Positions 29,344 through 43,639 of a stretch of DNA of 64,000 nt are shown here, piece by piece (position 1 is the first letter of the stretch; each line of letters begins with the position of its first letter). The notes below the pieces were generated by a model. It ran no database searches. It worked only from the letters and a program-made list of their open reading frames with translations, and was not told where the DNA came from. This stretch comes from an uncultured Verrucomicrobiae bacterium. Lineage in GTDB: Bacteria > Verrucomicrobiota > Verrucomicrobiia > Limisphaerales > Palsa-1400. The DNA lies in contig CAVXRD010000002.1 in NCBI GenBank assembly GCA_963764165.1, forward strand, positions 448,001 through 512,000. The letters are read 5' to 3'. Both the position numbers and the translations under genes were made by a program.

Positions 29344-30156
29344 TCTGTCAACGCCCTTCAAGGCCTTTCGACACGAGAATTCGTGCAGATCGGCGCATAG
29401 CCGCCAAACCTACGATTTGTTCGTAGGGGTAGGGCGTCCATCTTTTAATTCCACACGCATAGAGTGGAAACAAACGCAATTTTGCCTATGAAAGTGAGGC
29501 GAATGCTGCCGTGTGCCAATGTGTGAATGAGAAATGCGTCCCGGTTCCAGCAATTCAATATGTGACCGTTCCCATGCACTGAACGCGTGACCCGAAGCCG
29601 GAGCGGAACGAAGCGAGCCGAGGGGTTATGGGGCGGCAGGCGAAGTGAAGCGTGGCTGAGGGCACGCGTTGAGTGCGAAACCCGCATGGATGTTTCCGGT
29701 TGAGGCGCTTTGTCTGTCCGGTTTTCGGTGGCGGAAGGGGAAAAGCGGGCAGTCAAGGGGCCGGAAAACGCCGCGCCATCGTCTCGCCCACAACAACCAT
29801 CTGCATGATAAAAAAATCGGTCTGGTCCACGTTTGGAATCCTTCGGGCAACAATTTCAGACCGAGCCAGTTCGATATTCTGGTGAAATCGGGTTAATTGC
29901 GCGTCTCCATCCACCGTTTTGAACGTTCGGGCCATCCTGCGCCTGGCCCATAGGAAAACGGTCGTGGATCACCTCTGGCTAAATCGAAACGAGCGTCAAA
30001 TTGGTTTAATCTGTTTATTCGAAGCCTGCTCTCGTTATTATGGCGGTCGAATTCTGTAATGACAATGCTGTTCATCGAATTCAATTATGTGGAAACGGAT
30101 AGCTCAACGGCCTGGTTTAAGGCAGATCCCGGAGATCGGCGAAGGGGCCACCTATT

Positions 30157-30682
30157 CCAAACGATGAAACCAGGAGGACCGATTATGCGCTTCGCATCCC
30201 GCATGGCCTAAGTTTGCTCCTCACGCATGAATTTGATTCGAAAGTGACCGGACTAGACGAATTCCCCCGGAGCGACTGGCCCAACGTGCGTGTCGTTCAC
30301 TGGTCGTTTGACCTCATGGTTGGCTGCGGAACGGCGCTGTTTCTGTTATCGGCGGCGGGAGGATTGCTCTGCTGGCGACACCGCCGGCTGCCTGATATGA
30401 AATGGTTTCTGTGGGCTCTGGTGATCTGTGGGCCTCTGGGCTTCGTCGCCATTGAGGCCGGCTGGGTGGTCACAGAGGTCGGAACGCCAGCCGTGGATCA
30501 TCTATGGCGTTATGCGGACGGAACAAGCCGTCACGCCCATGCATGGGATCGCGGCGCCCTTCGCAATGTTCACGGCGCTCTACATTTTCCTAGGCGTTGT
30601 CGTGGCCGTTCTCCTGCGCCGCCAGTTTCTGCAAACCTCCAATCCGCTTCCCGGCCCCTCTACGCCTTCAACCCATGCTTGA
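30157..30682 (+). pseudogene. cydA: Cytochrome bd oxidase subunit I, 3' fragment with frameshift
   Basis: LRIPHGLSLL..VHWSFDLMVG..AIEAGWVVTEVG, frameshift at ~30482, then RQPWIIYGVMRT; the 5' part is missing. Confidence 0.85.
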
Positions 30683-30989
30683 GACCATCGTTGCCACTTT
30701 CATTCTACTTTCGCTGATCTTATATGCGCTCCTAGGCGGCGCAGACTTTGGCGGCGGCATTTGGTATTTGCTGGCAGCCGGCCCGCGGTCCAGACTGCAA
30801 AGGAAAGCCGTGGCCGATGCCATCGGACCAATTTGGGAGGCCAACCATGTATGGCTGATTCTCGTGATCGTTTTGCTGTTCACCGGCTTTCCGCGCGGAT
30901 TTGCGTCGTTGATGACCGCGCTGAACATCCGTAAGCGTCACGCCGAGCGCCTCTGTAACAAGACAGCATTTTCGTCATAGCCTTTTGCT

Positions 30990-31400
30990 ATGACATCTAC
31001 ACAGAGCTCTGGTCAGATTCTTAAAACCGATTCATTGGCGCGCCTTCAGACGCCCCGACTGCGCAAAGAGCAGTTGCTGGATGAGTTTGAGCGCAGCGGG
31101 TTGAGTTGTCCTAAATTTGCTGGGCTGTCAGGGGTTAAGTATTCGACCTTCGCCGCCTGGGTGGCCAGGCGCAAGCGGAGTCGTTCCACGGAAGCCCCGC
31201 TGGCCAAGGGTCCCGAGGAAAAGGCCCAGGTGCAGTGGTTGGAGGCGATGGTCGATCAGGCCAGGGTCGCGACTTCCAAGGAGACATCCGTGCTGAAAGT
31301 CTATTTCGGCAAAGACGCTCGCGCCGAGATTGCCGATGCCCGGCAAGCCGAGCTGGCGGCGGCGCTGTTGCTGGCTCTTAACACACCATCGCGATGCTGA
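30990..31400 (+). CDS. tnpA: IS66 accessory protein TnpA
   Basis: FERSGLS..FA...GVKYSTF..W HTH; first ORF of the IS. Confidence 0.85.
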   Translation: MTSTQSSGQILKTDSLARLQTPRLRKEQLLDEFERSGLSCPKFAGLSGVKYSTFAAWVARRKRSRSTEAPLAKGPEEKAQVQWLEAMVDQARVATSKETSVLKVYFGKDARAEIADARQAELAAALLLALNTPSRC

Positions 31401-31750
31401 GTTTTTCCGGAAGCATCAAAGTGTTGCTGGCGATGGAGCCGTGCGATCTGCGCAAGAGTTTTAATGGCCTCCATGGTCTGGTCACCGAGCGGCTGGGCGA
31501 GGATCCCCGCCAAGGCGCGATCTTTGTGTTTACCAACCGCCGCCGAACCCGGCTCAAAATGCTCTGCTGGGATGGCACCGGACTTTGGCTTCTGACGAAG
31601 CGCCTCGAAAATGGCACTTTCTTCTGGCCGCAGACGGTGGATGCCGGGCAAAAGAAAATGTCGCTGACGCCGCAGGCTTTGGCGATGCTGACTGATGGCG
31701 TTGATTTGCGGGGCGGCACCTTGCGGCCGTGGTATGAGCGGCAGCCATAA
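31394..31750 (+). CDS. tnpB: IS66 accessory protein TnpB
   Basis: PCDLRKSFNGL..FVFTNRRRTRLKMLCWDGTG.WL..KRLE.G.F.WP. Confidence 0.93.
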   Translation: MLSFSGSIKVLLAMEPCDLRKSFNGLHGLVTERLGEDPRQGAIFVFTNRRRTRLKMLCWDGTGLWLLTKRLENGTFFWPQTVDAGQKKMSLTPQALAMLTDGVDLRGGTLRPWYERQP

Positions 31751-31817
31751 AAAAGTGAGGGATTTTCTTAATTATACTTGACTGTAGGGGCGTTTTCCGT
31801 TAAACCCTTGCTCTGTC

Positions 31818-33359
31818 GTGACGGAGCAGGAACTTCAACTGGCCCAACTGCTGGAAAAATGCCAGCAGGCCTTGACTGAATCGCTGCGGAGGGAGGAAGC
31901 CCTCCGGCGGGAAAACACCGTCCTTCGGCAAAAGGTGGATGCCTTGGTCCGCCGGGTGTTTGGCTCCAGCAGCGAGCAGATAAATCCGGCCCAGTTGCAG
32001 TTCTTGTTGCAAGGACCGGAGCCAATCAAATCGGTCGTTGATGTTCCGCCAACCATCGCTCCGACGGTTAAACCATCCAAGCCCGCCGCCACTGAAAGCA
32101 AACCCCGCTTGCCGGAAAACCTGCCGGTGGTGGAAGAAGTCATTGATCCAGACGTGGTCAAAGCTCAACCGCAACTCTGGCGTTACATTGGCCAGGAGGT
32201 GAGCGAACAACTGGATTACGAGCCGGGCCGTTTTCTGCGCCGCCGCACCATTCGCCGCAAGTATGTTCACCGGCAGGACCAGGATCGCCCGCCTATTGTG
32301 GCGCCGCTGCCTGAGTGTTTGCTGGAGCGCGGCATGGCCGCGCCGGGATTGCTGGCCCATGTGCTGGTCAGCAAGTATTGCGACCACATGCCGCTTTACC
32401 GGCAGGAACAGATGTATCGGCAGCGCCACGGCGTTGCACTGCCCCGGCAGACGCTGGCCCGCTGGGTGGAACTGGCGGCGGATTGGCTGCGACCCATTTA
32501 TGAACAAATCCTCACCGGAGTGATGGCTGGCGGCTACGTGCAAGTGGACGAAACGCCAATCCAGTTCCTGGAACCAGGCCATGGGAAAACCCGGCAAGGT
32601 TATTTTTGGACCTGCAGCCGTCCGGGAGGTGATGTCGTCTTTCGGTGGGAAACCAGTCGCGGAACGCAGTGCCTGAACAATTTGATCCCGGTTAATTTTC
32701 GGGGAGTCATCCAGTGTGATGGCTACTCGGCCTATCGCTCCTTTGCCGACAGCCGCAATGGAACCGTCCAGTTGACAGGTTGCTGGGCCCATGTTCGGCG
32801 CAAGTTTTACGAGGCCCTGGAGCAATCGCCTCGCACGGCGGCTTGGTTCCTGGGTCAAATCCAGCAACTTTATCGAGTCGAAGCCAAGCTGAGAGAGCAT
32901 CGAGCGGGTCCGAACTTGCGCGCCGCCCACCGGGCCAGCCAAAGCAAGCCGGTCGTTCAGCGACTTCAACGCGCCCTGGTCCGGCTCAAGGCCAGCCATC
33001 GCTATCTGCCGCAAAGTCTGCTGGGCCAGGCCATGGATTATGCCTTGGGCCAATGGCCAACCCTGAGCGTCTACCTTGAAAAAGGAAGCGTTGAAATAGA
33101 CAACAATTTAGTCGAGAATTCCATTCGTCCCACGGCGGTTGGAAAGAAAAACTGGCTCTTTGTCGGAGAAGCCGGCGCTGGCCAGCGCGGAGCGATTGTT
33201 TACAGCATCATCGAAAGCTGCCGCCGCCGAAACATCGATCCATACGCATACCTCTGCGATGTTCTCGCCCGCCTGCCTCGAATGACCAACCACCAAATAC
33301 CAGAAGTCACCCCAGGAGCTTGGGCCAAATCTCGCCGCCCCTCTGCAAAAGCAGCGTAG
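31818..33359 (+). CDS. tnpC: IS66 DDE transposase TnpC
   Basis: FGSSSE, KYCDHMPLYRQ, QVDETP, QCDGY, CWAHVRRKF, IDNNLVENSIR. Confidence 0.95.
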   Translation: MTEQELQLAQLLEKCQQALTESLRREEALRRENTVLRQKVDALVRRVFGSSSEQINPAQLQFLLQGPEPIKSVVDVPPTIAPTVKPSKPAATESKPRLPENLPVVEEVIDPDVVKAQPQLWRYIGQEVSEQLDYEPGRFLRRRTIRRKYVHRQDQDRPPIVAPLPECLLERGMAAPGLLAHVLVSKYCDHMPLYRQEQMYRQRHGVALPRQTLARWVELAADWLRPIYEQILTGVMAGGYVQVDETPIQFLEPGHGKTRQGYFWTCSRPGGDVVFRWETSRGTQCLNNLIPVNFRGVIQCDGYSAYRSFADSRNGTVQLTGCWAHVRRKFYEALEQSPRTAAWFLGQIQQLYRVEAKLREHRAGPNLRAAHRASQSKPVVQRLQRALVRLKASHRYLPQSLLGQAMDYALGQWPTLSVYLEKGSVEIDNNLVENSIRPTAVGKKNWLFVGEAGAGQRGAIVYSIIESCRRRNIDPYAYLCDVLARLPRMTNHQIPEVTPGAWAKSRRPSAKAA

Positions 33360-33583
33360 ATGTCAGAGATAGCTGCCTCTGGCGTCTCTACAAAACTCTA
33401 GTTCAGTCACACGGTGCGTCGCGTGACGCTTACGAACATCCCCCTGACCGCCATGCTGGTCGGCATTGTCCTCCGGGGCGCGGCTTTTACGTTTCGCAAA
33501 TATGGATCGGAACCCACCAGGCATTAAGCGAAACTGGCGCGTCATAACTTGTCCAGTAATGGCGACACCGGATTCGTTAGCTT

Positions 33584-34447
33584 TTAAAGCTGTTTGCGGA
33601 TGGATTCTAATTCCCGTCGGCGTTTCGCCGTAGTTTTGGGAAAGGCCATCTTAAGATCTTTGAGGGCATCAACGACAATTTGGGAAACGATAAGACGGGC
33701 GTTCTCCTTATCGTCAGCGGGAACGACGTGCCAAGGCGTGTGATGGGCGCTGGTCGCGGTCAGGCAAGCCTCATACGCCTTGACGTACTGTGGCCAGAAT
33801 TTCCTCTCGCGGATGTCAGCGAGGCTGAATTTCCAGTTCTTGTCCGGCTCATCAATGCGCTCCAGGAATCGCCTTCGTTGTTCGCCCTTCGACAAGTGGA
33901 GGAAAAACTTGATGATGCGGGTGCCGTTACGGTGGAGATGTTGCTCCAAATCCACGATGGACTGATACCGGCCCTCCCAAATTGACTTTTTCTCGATCAA
34001 CTCGTCCGGCATCCCCTGGCTGCGGAGAATTTCCGGATGCACGCGAACGACAAGCACATCCTCGTAATAGGAACGATTGAAAATGCCGATCCGTCCGCGT
34101 TCCGGCAAATGGCGGTTCGTGCGCCAAAGAAAATCATGTTCGAGTTCCTCGGCGGTGGGCTGTTTAAAACTGAAAACCTCGCAACCTTGCGGATTGACCC
34201 CGGACATGACGTGGCAGATGGCACCGTCCTTGCCGGCTGCATCCATTCCCTGAAAAATCAGCAACAAGGCATAATGGTTGGAAGCGTAGTGTAGTTGTTG
34301 CAGCGAACTCAATTGCTCAACATGCACTCCCAGAAGTCTTCGATACGCTTTTTTGGATTTGCAGAAGGGCTGCACTGCCGTCGGCCACTCCCGGAGTTTG
34401 ACCTTATCACCGGGCCTCACCCGGAAATCCTTCGAATTGATCTTCAT
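33584..34447 (-). CDS. ppk2: Polyphosphate kinase 2 family protein
   Basis: Start [39 protein letters not shown]. Confidence 0.93.
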   Translation of the reverse strand: MKINSKDFRVRPGDKVKLREWPTAVQPFCKSKKAYRRLLGVHVEQLSSLQQLHYASNHYALLLIFQGMDAAGKDGAICHVMSGVNPQGCEVFSFKQPTAEELEHDFLWRTNRHLPERGRIGIFNRSYYEDVLVVRVHPEILRSQGMPDELIEKKSIWEGRYQSIVDLEQHLHRNGTRIIKFFLHLSKGEQRRRFLERIDEPDKNWKFSLADIRERKFWPQYVKAYEACLTATSAHHTPWHVVPADDKENARLIVSQIVVDALKDLKMAFPKTTAKRRRELESIRKQL

Positions 34448-34475
34448 CGTCACTAATTTGTTCTGCTTGCTCTTC

Positions 34476-35378
34476 CTACAATCCGAAGCTCTTTCCTTTG
34501 GACAGCGCCTCGAACCCGGCGATGACGTCGAAAAGTTCCTCGTCAATGCCGGCTTGACGTATTCGGTGGTAGGTCCCATGAAGCGTCTCCAGCAAATCAT
34601 CAATGTTTTTATCGGCGCGTTCCATCGCGGACAGACGGCTCGCGTTCTCGCTGGCAAGGGATTCGGCACAGGCGCGGAAAAGCGAGATGAAGAGATATTC
34701 GCGAATGAGCGCTCGCAAGGTGACGATGCCGCTGCACATCACCTCGGGCAGCATATTTGTCGGCCAAGCAAGTTTGGCCAAGCCATTTTGCCATTGCGCG
34801 TCCAGCGGCAGCAACCGCTGGCTGACCGGTTCGTAGAGCGCCCCAGATTTTGGTCGGTTGTGGAAGACATAAAGTCGCGCATACTCGCCTTTGGCCCGAC
34901 GCGCTTCACTCTCGATTTGAATCTGTCCGACGAGTGGGGTGATGGCCTGCACGGAATTGGGCACGGCAAAGATTCCCGCCAGCGGGACGCCCGCGTCCGC
35001 TAAACGTGCGTGAACGCGCTCTCCTACAGCCCAGACTTCGGGTTTGCCGGGTAATGCAGCGAGGGTCTTGACCGCATAGTCGGCCACTACGTCATTAAAT
35101 TGACCCACTAATCCCTGATCAGAGCCGAACACGACCGCGCCAATGGCGCCGGCGTCCGCTTGTCCTTTTCGTGTTTCAATCGGAGCCGCTTCCCTGCTTT
35201 CCCGAAAACACGCGCCCAGTCCCAATTCCACAGTGCGATAATAGTCGCCTAATGCGCGCACTGATTTATCGTATTGTCCGATGCTTGAAGCAGCCAAAGC
35301 TTTCATCGTGCGAACCACGGATTGAAGATCGCCGGCACTGCTAATTTTTCGGGACAGGCTCGCTGTATTTTCGCTCAT
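34476..35378 (-). CDS. atpG: N-type F0F1 ATPase gamma subunit
   Basis: [41 protein letters not shown]. Confidence 0.93.
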   Translation of the reverse strand: MSENTASLSRKISSAGDLQSVVRTMKALAASSIGQYDKSVRALGDYYRTVELGLGACFRESREAAPIETRKGQADAGAIGAVVFGSDQGLVGQFNDVVADYAVKTLAALPGKPEVWAVGERVHARLADAGVPLAGIFAVPNSVQAITPLVGQIQIESEARRAKGEYARLYVFHNRPKSGALYEPVSQRLLPLDAQWQNGLAKLAWPTNMLPEVMCSGIVTLRALIREYLFISLFRACAESLASENASRLSAMERADKNIDDLLETLHGTYHRIRQAGIDEELFDVIAGFEALSKGKSFGL

Positions 35379-37135
35379 GGCTTCTCCTTGGGGCGGGTCT
35401 CCGCGCGTTTAACTTCCGGCGACGGTTCCGGCTTGGATTCGATTCCAGGTTTAGTCTCTGCCTTAACTTCAGGACCAGGTTTGGGTTTAACCTCCTCCTT
35501 GGTTTTGGCATCGGCTTTGTCTTTAATATCGCCTTTCGTTTCGGCCTTCGACTCGACCTTAACATCAGCTTTGGTTTCATGCTTAACTTCAGGCTTGGGA
35601 TCCGGCTTGGGTTGAAAAGGTGCGAGCGCTTGACGGGCGATTTCAATTATCGCCTTTTTATCCTCCTCATTCAATTTTGCGGCGGTTTCAAATCGCGCAC
35701 TGATCTCCCCTGGAATTTTGGACGCAGATTCCCGCACGGCGTGCCCCGCCTCCGCCATCTGCTCAAGCGGCACTGGATCGAACAGGTTCGCGGTCAATGC
35801 CAGCAAGACGGTGATCTGTGCGGGCACCGCCACCGGGGCGGATTCGGGCTGCTTGAGACAGGCGCGGATTCGCCGTCCATGCTCGATGATCTTGCGCGTG
35901 TCATCGTCAAGACGCGCGCCAAACCGCGCGAAAGTTTCGAGTTCTTCGAATTGTGCGTAAGCGAGCTTGAGGTCGCCCGCGACCGCGCGATAAGCGGCCC
36001 ATTGCGCCTCGCCACCGACGCGCGAAACAGATTTGCCCACATCCACCGCCGGCAGCACGCCCAATTCAAACAGGGACGGTGAAAGATAAATTTGTCCGTC
36101 GGTAATGGAAATAAGGTTCGTCGGAATGTAAGCGGAAATGTCCTGTGCTTCGGTTTCGATGATCGGTAGCGCGGTGAGCGAACCACCCCTGCGTTCTTTG
36201 CTCAAGTGGGTCGCCCGTTCCAGCATCCGGGAATGAATATAGAAAATGTCGCCGGGGAACGCTTCGCGCCCGGGTGGACGGCGCAACAGGAGGGACAACT
36301 CGCGATAGGCTTCAGCGTGCTGCGTCAGATTGTCGTAAACAATCAGCACGTCACGGCCCTTTTCCATGAAATATTCCGCGATGCTGGTGGCAGCGTAGGG
36401 CGTAACATAGGTGAGGCCGGGCGCGTCGTTGCCCTCGGCGACTACGACCACGGTATATTCCATCGCCCCCTTTTCGCGCAGGTTCGCTATGACCTTGGCG
36501 ACGGCGGAAGCCCGCTGGCCGATGGCACAATAAACGCAGATCACATTTTTTCCGCGCTGGTTCAAAATGCTGTCCAGGGCAATGGCCGTTTTGCCCGTTT
36601 GACGATCGCCCAGAATCAACTCGCGCTGGCCTCGCCCGATGGGGATGAGCGCGTCAATGACCATAAGGCCGGTCTGGAGAGGCACCGTGACCGGCGCGCG
36701 GTCCATGATAGCCGCCGCCGGACGTTCGATGGGCAGACGCTGGCTGGAAGCCACCGGCCCTTTGCCATCGAGTGGCCGGCCGAGCGGGTCAATGACACGC
36801 CCCAGCAATTCATCGCCAACGGCCACGTCCATCACGCGCCCGGTGCGTTCGACCTCATCGCCTGCGTGCAGATCTTGATACGCGCCGAGCAACACGACGC
36901 CTATTTCATCCTCGTCCAGGTTGAACGCGATGCCGAAAACATCGCCGGGGAATTTTACCAACTCCTCAAAACCCACGCCCGGAAGGCCCGAGACCTTGGC
37001 GATGCCGGTGGCGACACTGATGACCGTGCCCACCTCCTTCGTCGTCATTTGCGGGGTGAAGGCTTCGCGCGCCTGGCTGATTCCAGCAAAGGTGCGGTCG
37101 AAGACGCTCAGCAAGCTTTCAGGAGCGGTGTTCAT
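35375..37135 (-). CDS. atpA: N-type F0F1 ATPase alpha subunit with K/P/E-rich C-terminal tail
   Basis: [38 protein letters not shown]. Confidence 0.96.
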   Translation of the reverse strand: MNTAPESLLSVFDRTFAGISQAREAFTPQMTTKEVGTVISVATGIAKVSGLPGVGFEELVKFPGDVFGIAFNLDEDEIGVVLLGAYQDLHAGDEVERTGRVMDVAVGDELLGRVIDPLGRPLDGKGPVASSQRLPIERPAAAIMDRAPVTVPLQTGLMVIDALIPIGRGQRELILGDRQTGKTAIALDSILNQRGKNVICVYCAIGQRASAVAKVIANLREKGAMEYTVVVVAEGNDAPGLTYVTPYAATSIAEYFMEKGRDVLIVYDNLTQHAEAYRELSLLLRRPPGREAFPGDIFYIHSRMLERATHLSKERRGGSLTALPIIETEAQDISAYIPTNLISITDGQIYLSPSLFELGVLPAVDVGKSVSRVGGEAQWAAYRAVAGDLKLAYAQFEELETFARFGARLDDDTRKIIEHGRRIRACLKQPESAPVAVPAQITVLLALTANLFDPVPLEQMAEAGHAVRESASKIPGEISARFETAAKLNEEDKKAIIEIARQALAPFQPKPDPKPEVKHETKADVKVESKAETKGDIKDKADAKTKEEVKPKPGPEVKAETKPGIESKPEPSPEVKRAETRPKEKP

Positions 37136-38139
37136 GAGGCCTTCAATGCGGGTTCGAGTTCTTCAACCTTCGCCTCGGCCCTGGCTTTAGGTTTAAGGTC
37201 CTTCTCTGTTGCAGGCCTGGGTTTAGCGTCGATTTTGGCGATAATGTCAGTCTTAGCCTCTGGCTCGGCTTTGGCAGCAGTATTTGGCTCAACTTTGATG
37301 TCGGGATTTGGTTCCGGGATTGTTGGAGGTTTCGGCGTGGCCTTATTTTCGGGTTTCGCCTCGACTTTGGCTTCAGGCTTTTCCTTCTCTTTCAGCAAAT
37401 CGTCGACACCCTTTTCTAGTGACGTCAAATAATCGGTGATGGTCCATCCGACTTTCTGGCCGTTCGCGCTGAGTTCGATGCCGCTGATCAAATCCGGCGC
37501 GGTCTCGAACCGGATGTGAATTTCAGCGGAAAAGGTTTCGTTGAGCGCATTTTGGATCGCCGCTTGTTGCGCCGCCGGCAGATCAAAAGTGCTGCGAATC
37601 ACGGCGGGTTCAGAATTTTTCTTAAGGGCGTCGCAAAGCAAAGATTTCGCCTTCTGGTCCAGTTCTCGCAAGCGTCTATCAAACACCTCGCCCATCCGTT
37701 CTTCCAGACTTGTCGTGGCCAGATCCGTCAGTGCCTTGCGCGTGATGGCGAATACTTCCTTCTGCGTAAAGCGACTGATGGCTTGATTTAAGTTCTGGGC
37801 GTCATGGTTCAGCGACTCCTGTCGCTTGGCGCTCAGAGCATCGGCCGCTTTCCGCGCGTCGTCGAGGAGCCGCTCACGTTCGGCTTTCGCCTCGTCCGTC
37901 GCTTTGGTCAGAAGTGCGGCGCGTTGCTGGTCAAACTCCTCGTTTTTCTTCTGAAACTTTTCGTGTTCCTTTTGGGCTTCCGCTCTTTTCGCATCAGCGT
38001 CTGCGAGCTCTTTGGCGATCAGTTTCTCCCGCGCGTCAATGGCCTTGAGGATGGGTATATAGAGAAAGCGCTTCATCAACCACACGAGGATGAGGAAGTT
38101 TAGCGCTTGCGCCGCCACGGTGAACCAGTCGATTAACAT
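37132..38139 (-). CDS. atpF: N-type ATPase b subunit (long b/delta-like) with K/P/E-rich tail
   Basis: [21 protein letters not shown]; coiled coil; LISGIEL...KVGW. Confidence 0.92.
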   Translation of the reverse strand: MLIDWFTVAAQALNFLILVWLMKRFLYIPILKAIDAREKLIAKELADADAKRAEAQKEHEKFQKKNEEFDQQRAALLTKATDEAKAERERLLDDARKAADALSAKRQESLNHDAQNLNQAISRFTQKEVFAITRKALTDLATTSLEERMGEVFDRRLRELDQKAKSLLCDALKKNSEPAVIRSTFDLPAAQQAAIQNALNETFSAEIHIRFETAPDLISGIELSANGQKVGWTITDYLTSLEKGVDDLLKEKEKPEAKVEAKPENKATPKPPTIPEPNPDIKVEPNTAAKAEPEAKTDIIAKIDAKPRPATEKDLKPKARAEAKVEELEPALKAS

Positions 38140-38143
38140 AGGC

Positions 38144-38434
38144 CTACTTTCCTGCCGCAGTTGCCACTCCGGCTATGACGTGGTTCCAGAACGGGTTGGC
38201 GAAGATCAGAATCATCGAGACCACGAAACAATAAATGGCCGTGGATTCGATCATGGCCAGACCGACAAACAGCGTCCGCGTGATGGTGGCGGAGGCGTCG
38301 GGTTGCTGCGCCAGCGCGGTAAGCGCCGTCGCGACCGAGCGCCCTTCTCCAAGTGCCGGGCACATGCAGCCAATGCCGGTGGTCAGGCCTGCGGTGGCGA
38401 TTGAGGCCACTGCGATGATTGTCATATTATCCAT
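38144..38434 (-). CDS. atpE: N-type ATPase c subunit
   Basis: PALGEG..AQQPD..LAMIESTAIY. Confidence 0.95.
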   Translation of the reverse strand: MDNMTIIAVASIATAGLTTGIGCMCPALGEGRSVATALTALAQQPDASATITRTLFVGLAMIESTAIYCFVVSMILIFANPFWNHVIAGVATAAGK

Positions 38435-38465
38435 AATTTTGTCCTTGGGTTGCTTTGTGAGTGTT

Positions 38466-39161
38466 TCAAGTTTTAGGCGCCACCGCAGGTTTCGGTTTGC
38501 CAGAGCGCGTGGCCGCAGCGATGTAAACCGCTGCCAAGATGCTGAAAATGTAGGCTTGCACCATGCCGGTCAACAGACCGAGCGCGGTCATTACGATTGG
38601 AAAAAGGAAAGGCGTTATAGTCAGCAGAATCGCAATGATCATCGCCCCGCTCATCATATTGCCGAATAGGCGGACGGCCAGCGCCAGCGTGCGCGACAGT
38701 TCACTGATGATGTTAAACGGCAGCAGGATGAACGTCGGCTTGGTGTAGGAGCCGAGATAACCCCGCAGTCCCTGTTCCTCGATGCCGAACAACGGCACGG
38801 CCACAAAAACGCACAACGCGAGCGCCGCCGTGGTTGAGAGCGAACCGGTCGGCGGCTCAAAACCGGGAATGATCGTGCAGAGCGCGGCCAGCGCGACGAA
38901 CAGAAAGAGCGTACCCAGAAAGCCGATATATTTTTCAGGGTGCTTCAGGCCGACATCTTCGATTTGTTTCTCGATGCCAGTGACGACAATTTCCAGAAGG
39001 TTCTGCCAGCGTGAACGCTTCAAGTCGGTCGAAAGTTTGCGCGTGATGAGTTTTGAACCAACGGCCAGCACAATCATTAGTCCCCAAGTGAACACAATCG
39101 TGCCGTTAAGCTTGAAAAAGCCGTGGTGCCAGAAGATCAACTGGTCGGGGCTAAGGCGCAT
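38466..39161 (-). CDS. atpB: N-type ATPase a subunit
   Basis: SRTLALAVRLFGNM..QAYIF.ILA.VYI. Confidence 0.95.
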   Translation of the reverse strand: MRLSPDQLIFWHHGFFKLNGTIVFTWGLMIVLAVGSKLITRKLSTDLKRSRWQNLLEIVVTGIEKQIEDVGLKHPEKYIGFLGTLFLFVALAALCTIIPGFEPPTGSLSTTAALALCVFVAVPLFGIEEQGLRGYLGSYTKPTFILLPFNIISELSRTLALAVRLFGNMMSGAMIIAILLTITPFLFPIVMTALGLLTGMVQAYIFSILAAVYIAAATRSGKPKPAVAPKT

Positions 39162-39459
39162 CCGGGGCCTCCTTCACCGTAAGGCAGGGATGTTCGACTG
39201 GCGTGCGCGTAAGCCGTATCACGCAGAACCGCGCGATGATAAATCCCAGAAGACACGACACCAGCCGCTGCCAATTTCCGCGCCCGACAAAATAAAATCC
39301 AAGCAGAACAATGCCCATCCGCAGCAGCATGCTTCCGATAAACCACAGCGCCGGATTTTTGGAAGAAACACCCTTGCGCACGGTCCACCAAAGACCGCCG
39401 AAGAAAACTGCGCCGAGCAAAAGTCCAGCCGCCAACGCCAAGATTAGTAATTCATTCAT
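39151..39459 (-). CDS. atpR: N-ATPase AtpR subunit
   Basis: LGAVFFGGLWWTVRKG..SMLLRMG; sits between atpQ and atpB. Confidence 0.85.
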   Translation of the reverse strand: MNELLILALAAGLLLGAVFFGGLWWTVRKGVSSKNPALWFIGSMLLRMGIVLLGFYFVGRGNWQRLVSCLLGFIIARFCVIRLTRTPVEHPCLTVKEAPDAP

Positions 39460-39777
39460 CGTCGTCCTCCGTTTCGTCCTGCATTGCTTTTTCTTCCTTG
39501 GCGACCCAATACCACGCATTCAAACAGCCGACCGCCAACCCAACCACCAAAAGCGCCAGTGTCCACGGATGTTTGCCCGGATGGTGTTTATCCAACCAGA
39601 TGCCGAGCGCCGCGCCGAGCAGCGTAGGCACGACCACTGACCAGCCGACCAACCCCATCATGCCCAGGCCGAACCAGAACGCCCTGCGTGGATTTGCGGG
39701 CTTTGATCTTTCGGGTTGCCTTCGCACCGATTTCTTCGGCGAAGGATGGTTCGTTCCGCAGAGTTTTTCTTGGCTCG

Positions 39778-39785
<8 letters not shown>
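39452..39785 (-). pseudogene. atpQ: N-ATPase AtpQ (AtpZ/AtpI-like), frameshifted
   Basis: MNNEP..IGAKATRKIKARKSTQGV in one frame continues as WFGLGMMGLVGWSVVVPTLLG..GIWLD in another; one extra base near 39677. Confidence 0.8.
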
Positions 39786-42566
<2,781 letters not shown>

Positions 42567-42588
42567 GGGGTTATTCGTGTCGTCATGC

Positions 42589-43611
42589 TCATGACCTTTC
42601 CATCGCGGCAGTATATTCGCCACGCCGCGCGGCACGATTGCACTTCGCACGATGAAGCAATGCTTGCTGCGCCGCCAACACGTTGGCGTCCCCGCCCTTC
42701 CAAATCTCCAATGCCGGTTGCTGGATGGCGCGGGCAAAAGAAAATGCCAGCGCCCATGGCAGTTGAGTCTTGAAACGAAGATTCATTACGTTCAAACGGG
42801 CCGAAGCCAATTCCGCAGATTGGCCCCCGGACAAGAATGCAATCCCTGGAACCGCAGCGGGGACGGTTCGCCACAGACTCTTCATCGTGGTATCGGCGAT
42901 CTCGTCCACGGATTCTTGCGCGGGGCACGCCAATCCCGGAAGCACCATGTTGGGCTTCAGAATCATGCCTTCCAGTATCACGCGCTGGGAATCCAGTTGG
43001 TTGAAAACCATTCGCAGGACTTCCTCTGTCACTTTGCGACAGCGCTCCAGAGTATGTTCACCATCCATGAGCACTTCCGGCTCGACTATCGGAACCAATC
43101 CGGCTTCCTGACACAACGCGGCATAGCGAGCCAGCGCGTGCGCGTTGGCCTCGATGCAACTCCGGCTGGGAATTCCATCGCCAATAGCAATCACCGCCCG
43201 CCACTTCGCAAAACGCGCGCCTATTTGAGAATATTCTCTGAGGCGGTCGCGCAATCCGTCCAGGCCTTCGGTGATTTTTTCACCGGGATGAGCAGCCATC
43301 TCCTTGGCTCCAGTATCTACTTTGATGCCGGGAATGATGCCCGCGTCGGTGAGGACTTTAAGAAATGAGGTGCCGTCCTTTTTCTGCTGGCGGATTGTTT
43401 CGTCGTAAAGAATCGCGCCACTGATGCACTCGCCGAGACCGGGTGTGGTCACAATCAACTCCCGATAGGCCCGCCGGGTGTCCACCGTTTGCGGAATGTT
43501 GAGCTTTGCAAATCGTTTGTGACAGGTCGGATTGCTTTCATCCATCGCCAGCAATCCCTTGTCGTCGGCAACCAGCGCCTTCGCAGTATCAATCAGCTTT
43601 TGTGCATTCAT
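42589..43611 (-). CDS. Fructose-bisphosphate aldolase class I
   Basis: KGLLAMDES, GIKVDTG, FAKWR, PIVEPEV, LKPNM, FLSGGQS. Confidence 0.95.
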   Translation of the reverse strand: MNAQKLIDTAKALVADDKGLLAMDESNPTCHKRFAKLNIPQTVDTRRAYRELIVTTPGLGECISGAILYDETIRQQKKDGTSFLKVLTDAGIIPGIKVDTGAKEMAAHPGEKITEGLDGLRDRLREYSQIGARFAKWRAVIAIGDGIPSRSCIEANAHALARYAALCQEAGLVPIVEPEVLMDGEHTLERCRKVTEEVLRMVFNQLDSQRVILEGMILKPNMVLPGLACPAQESVDEIADTTMKSLWRTVPAAVPGIAFLSGGQSAELASARLNVMNLRFKTQLPWALAFSFARAIQQPALEIWKGGDANVLAAQQALLHRAKCNRAARRGEYTAAMERS

Positions 43612-43639
43612 TTTGCGTTGCCTTGTTTCCAGTAGCGGA

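Larger units (their letters stand above)
30931..33433 (+). mobile_element. IS66-family insertion sequence (2,503 bp)
   Basis: Terminal inverted repeats GTAAGCGTCACGC (30931-43 and 33421-33); 8-bp target duplication GAACATCC (30923-30 and 33434-41); tnpA-tnpB-tnpC. Confidence 0.96.
30675..33527 (+). pseudogene. cydB: Cytochrome bd oxidase subunit II, interrupted by IS66 and truncated
   Basis: YALLGGADFGGG..IGPIWEANHVWLI..ALNI, then IS66, then PLTAMLVGIVLRGAAFTFRKY, and a stop at 33525-33527. Confidence 0.88.

Noticed and set aside
29445..30084. Short ORFs between the HTH gene and cydA, including a CPLFPFR segment
   Set aside because: No convincing start signals or family motifs; possibly gene debris, but not supportable.
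31394..31750. IS66 'TnpB' as an RNA-guided nuclease
   Set aside because: It is the 118-aa IS66 accessory protein, unrelated to IS200/IS605 TnpB, with no RuvC or zinc-finger motifs.
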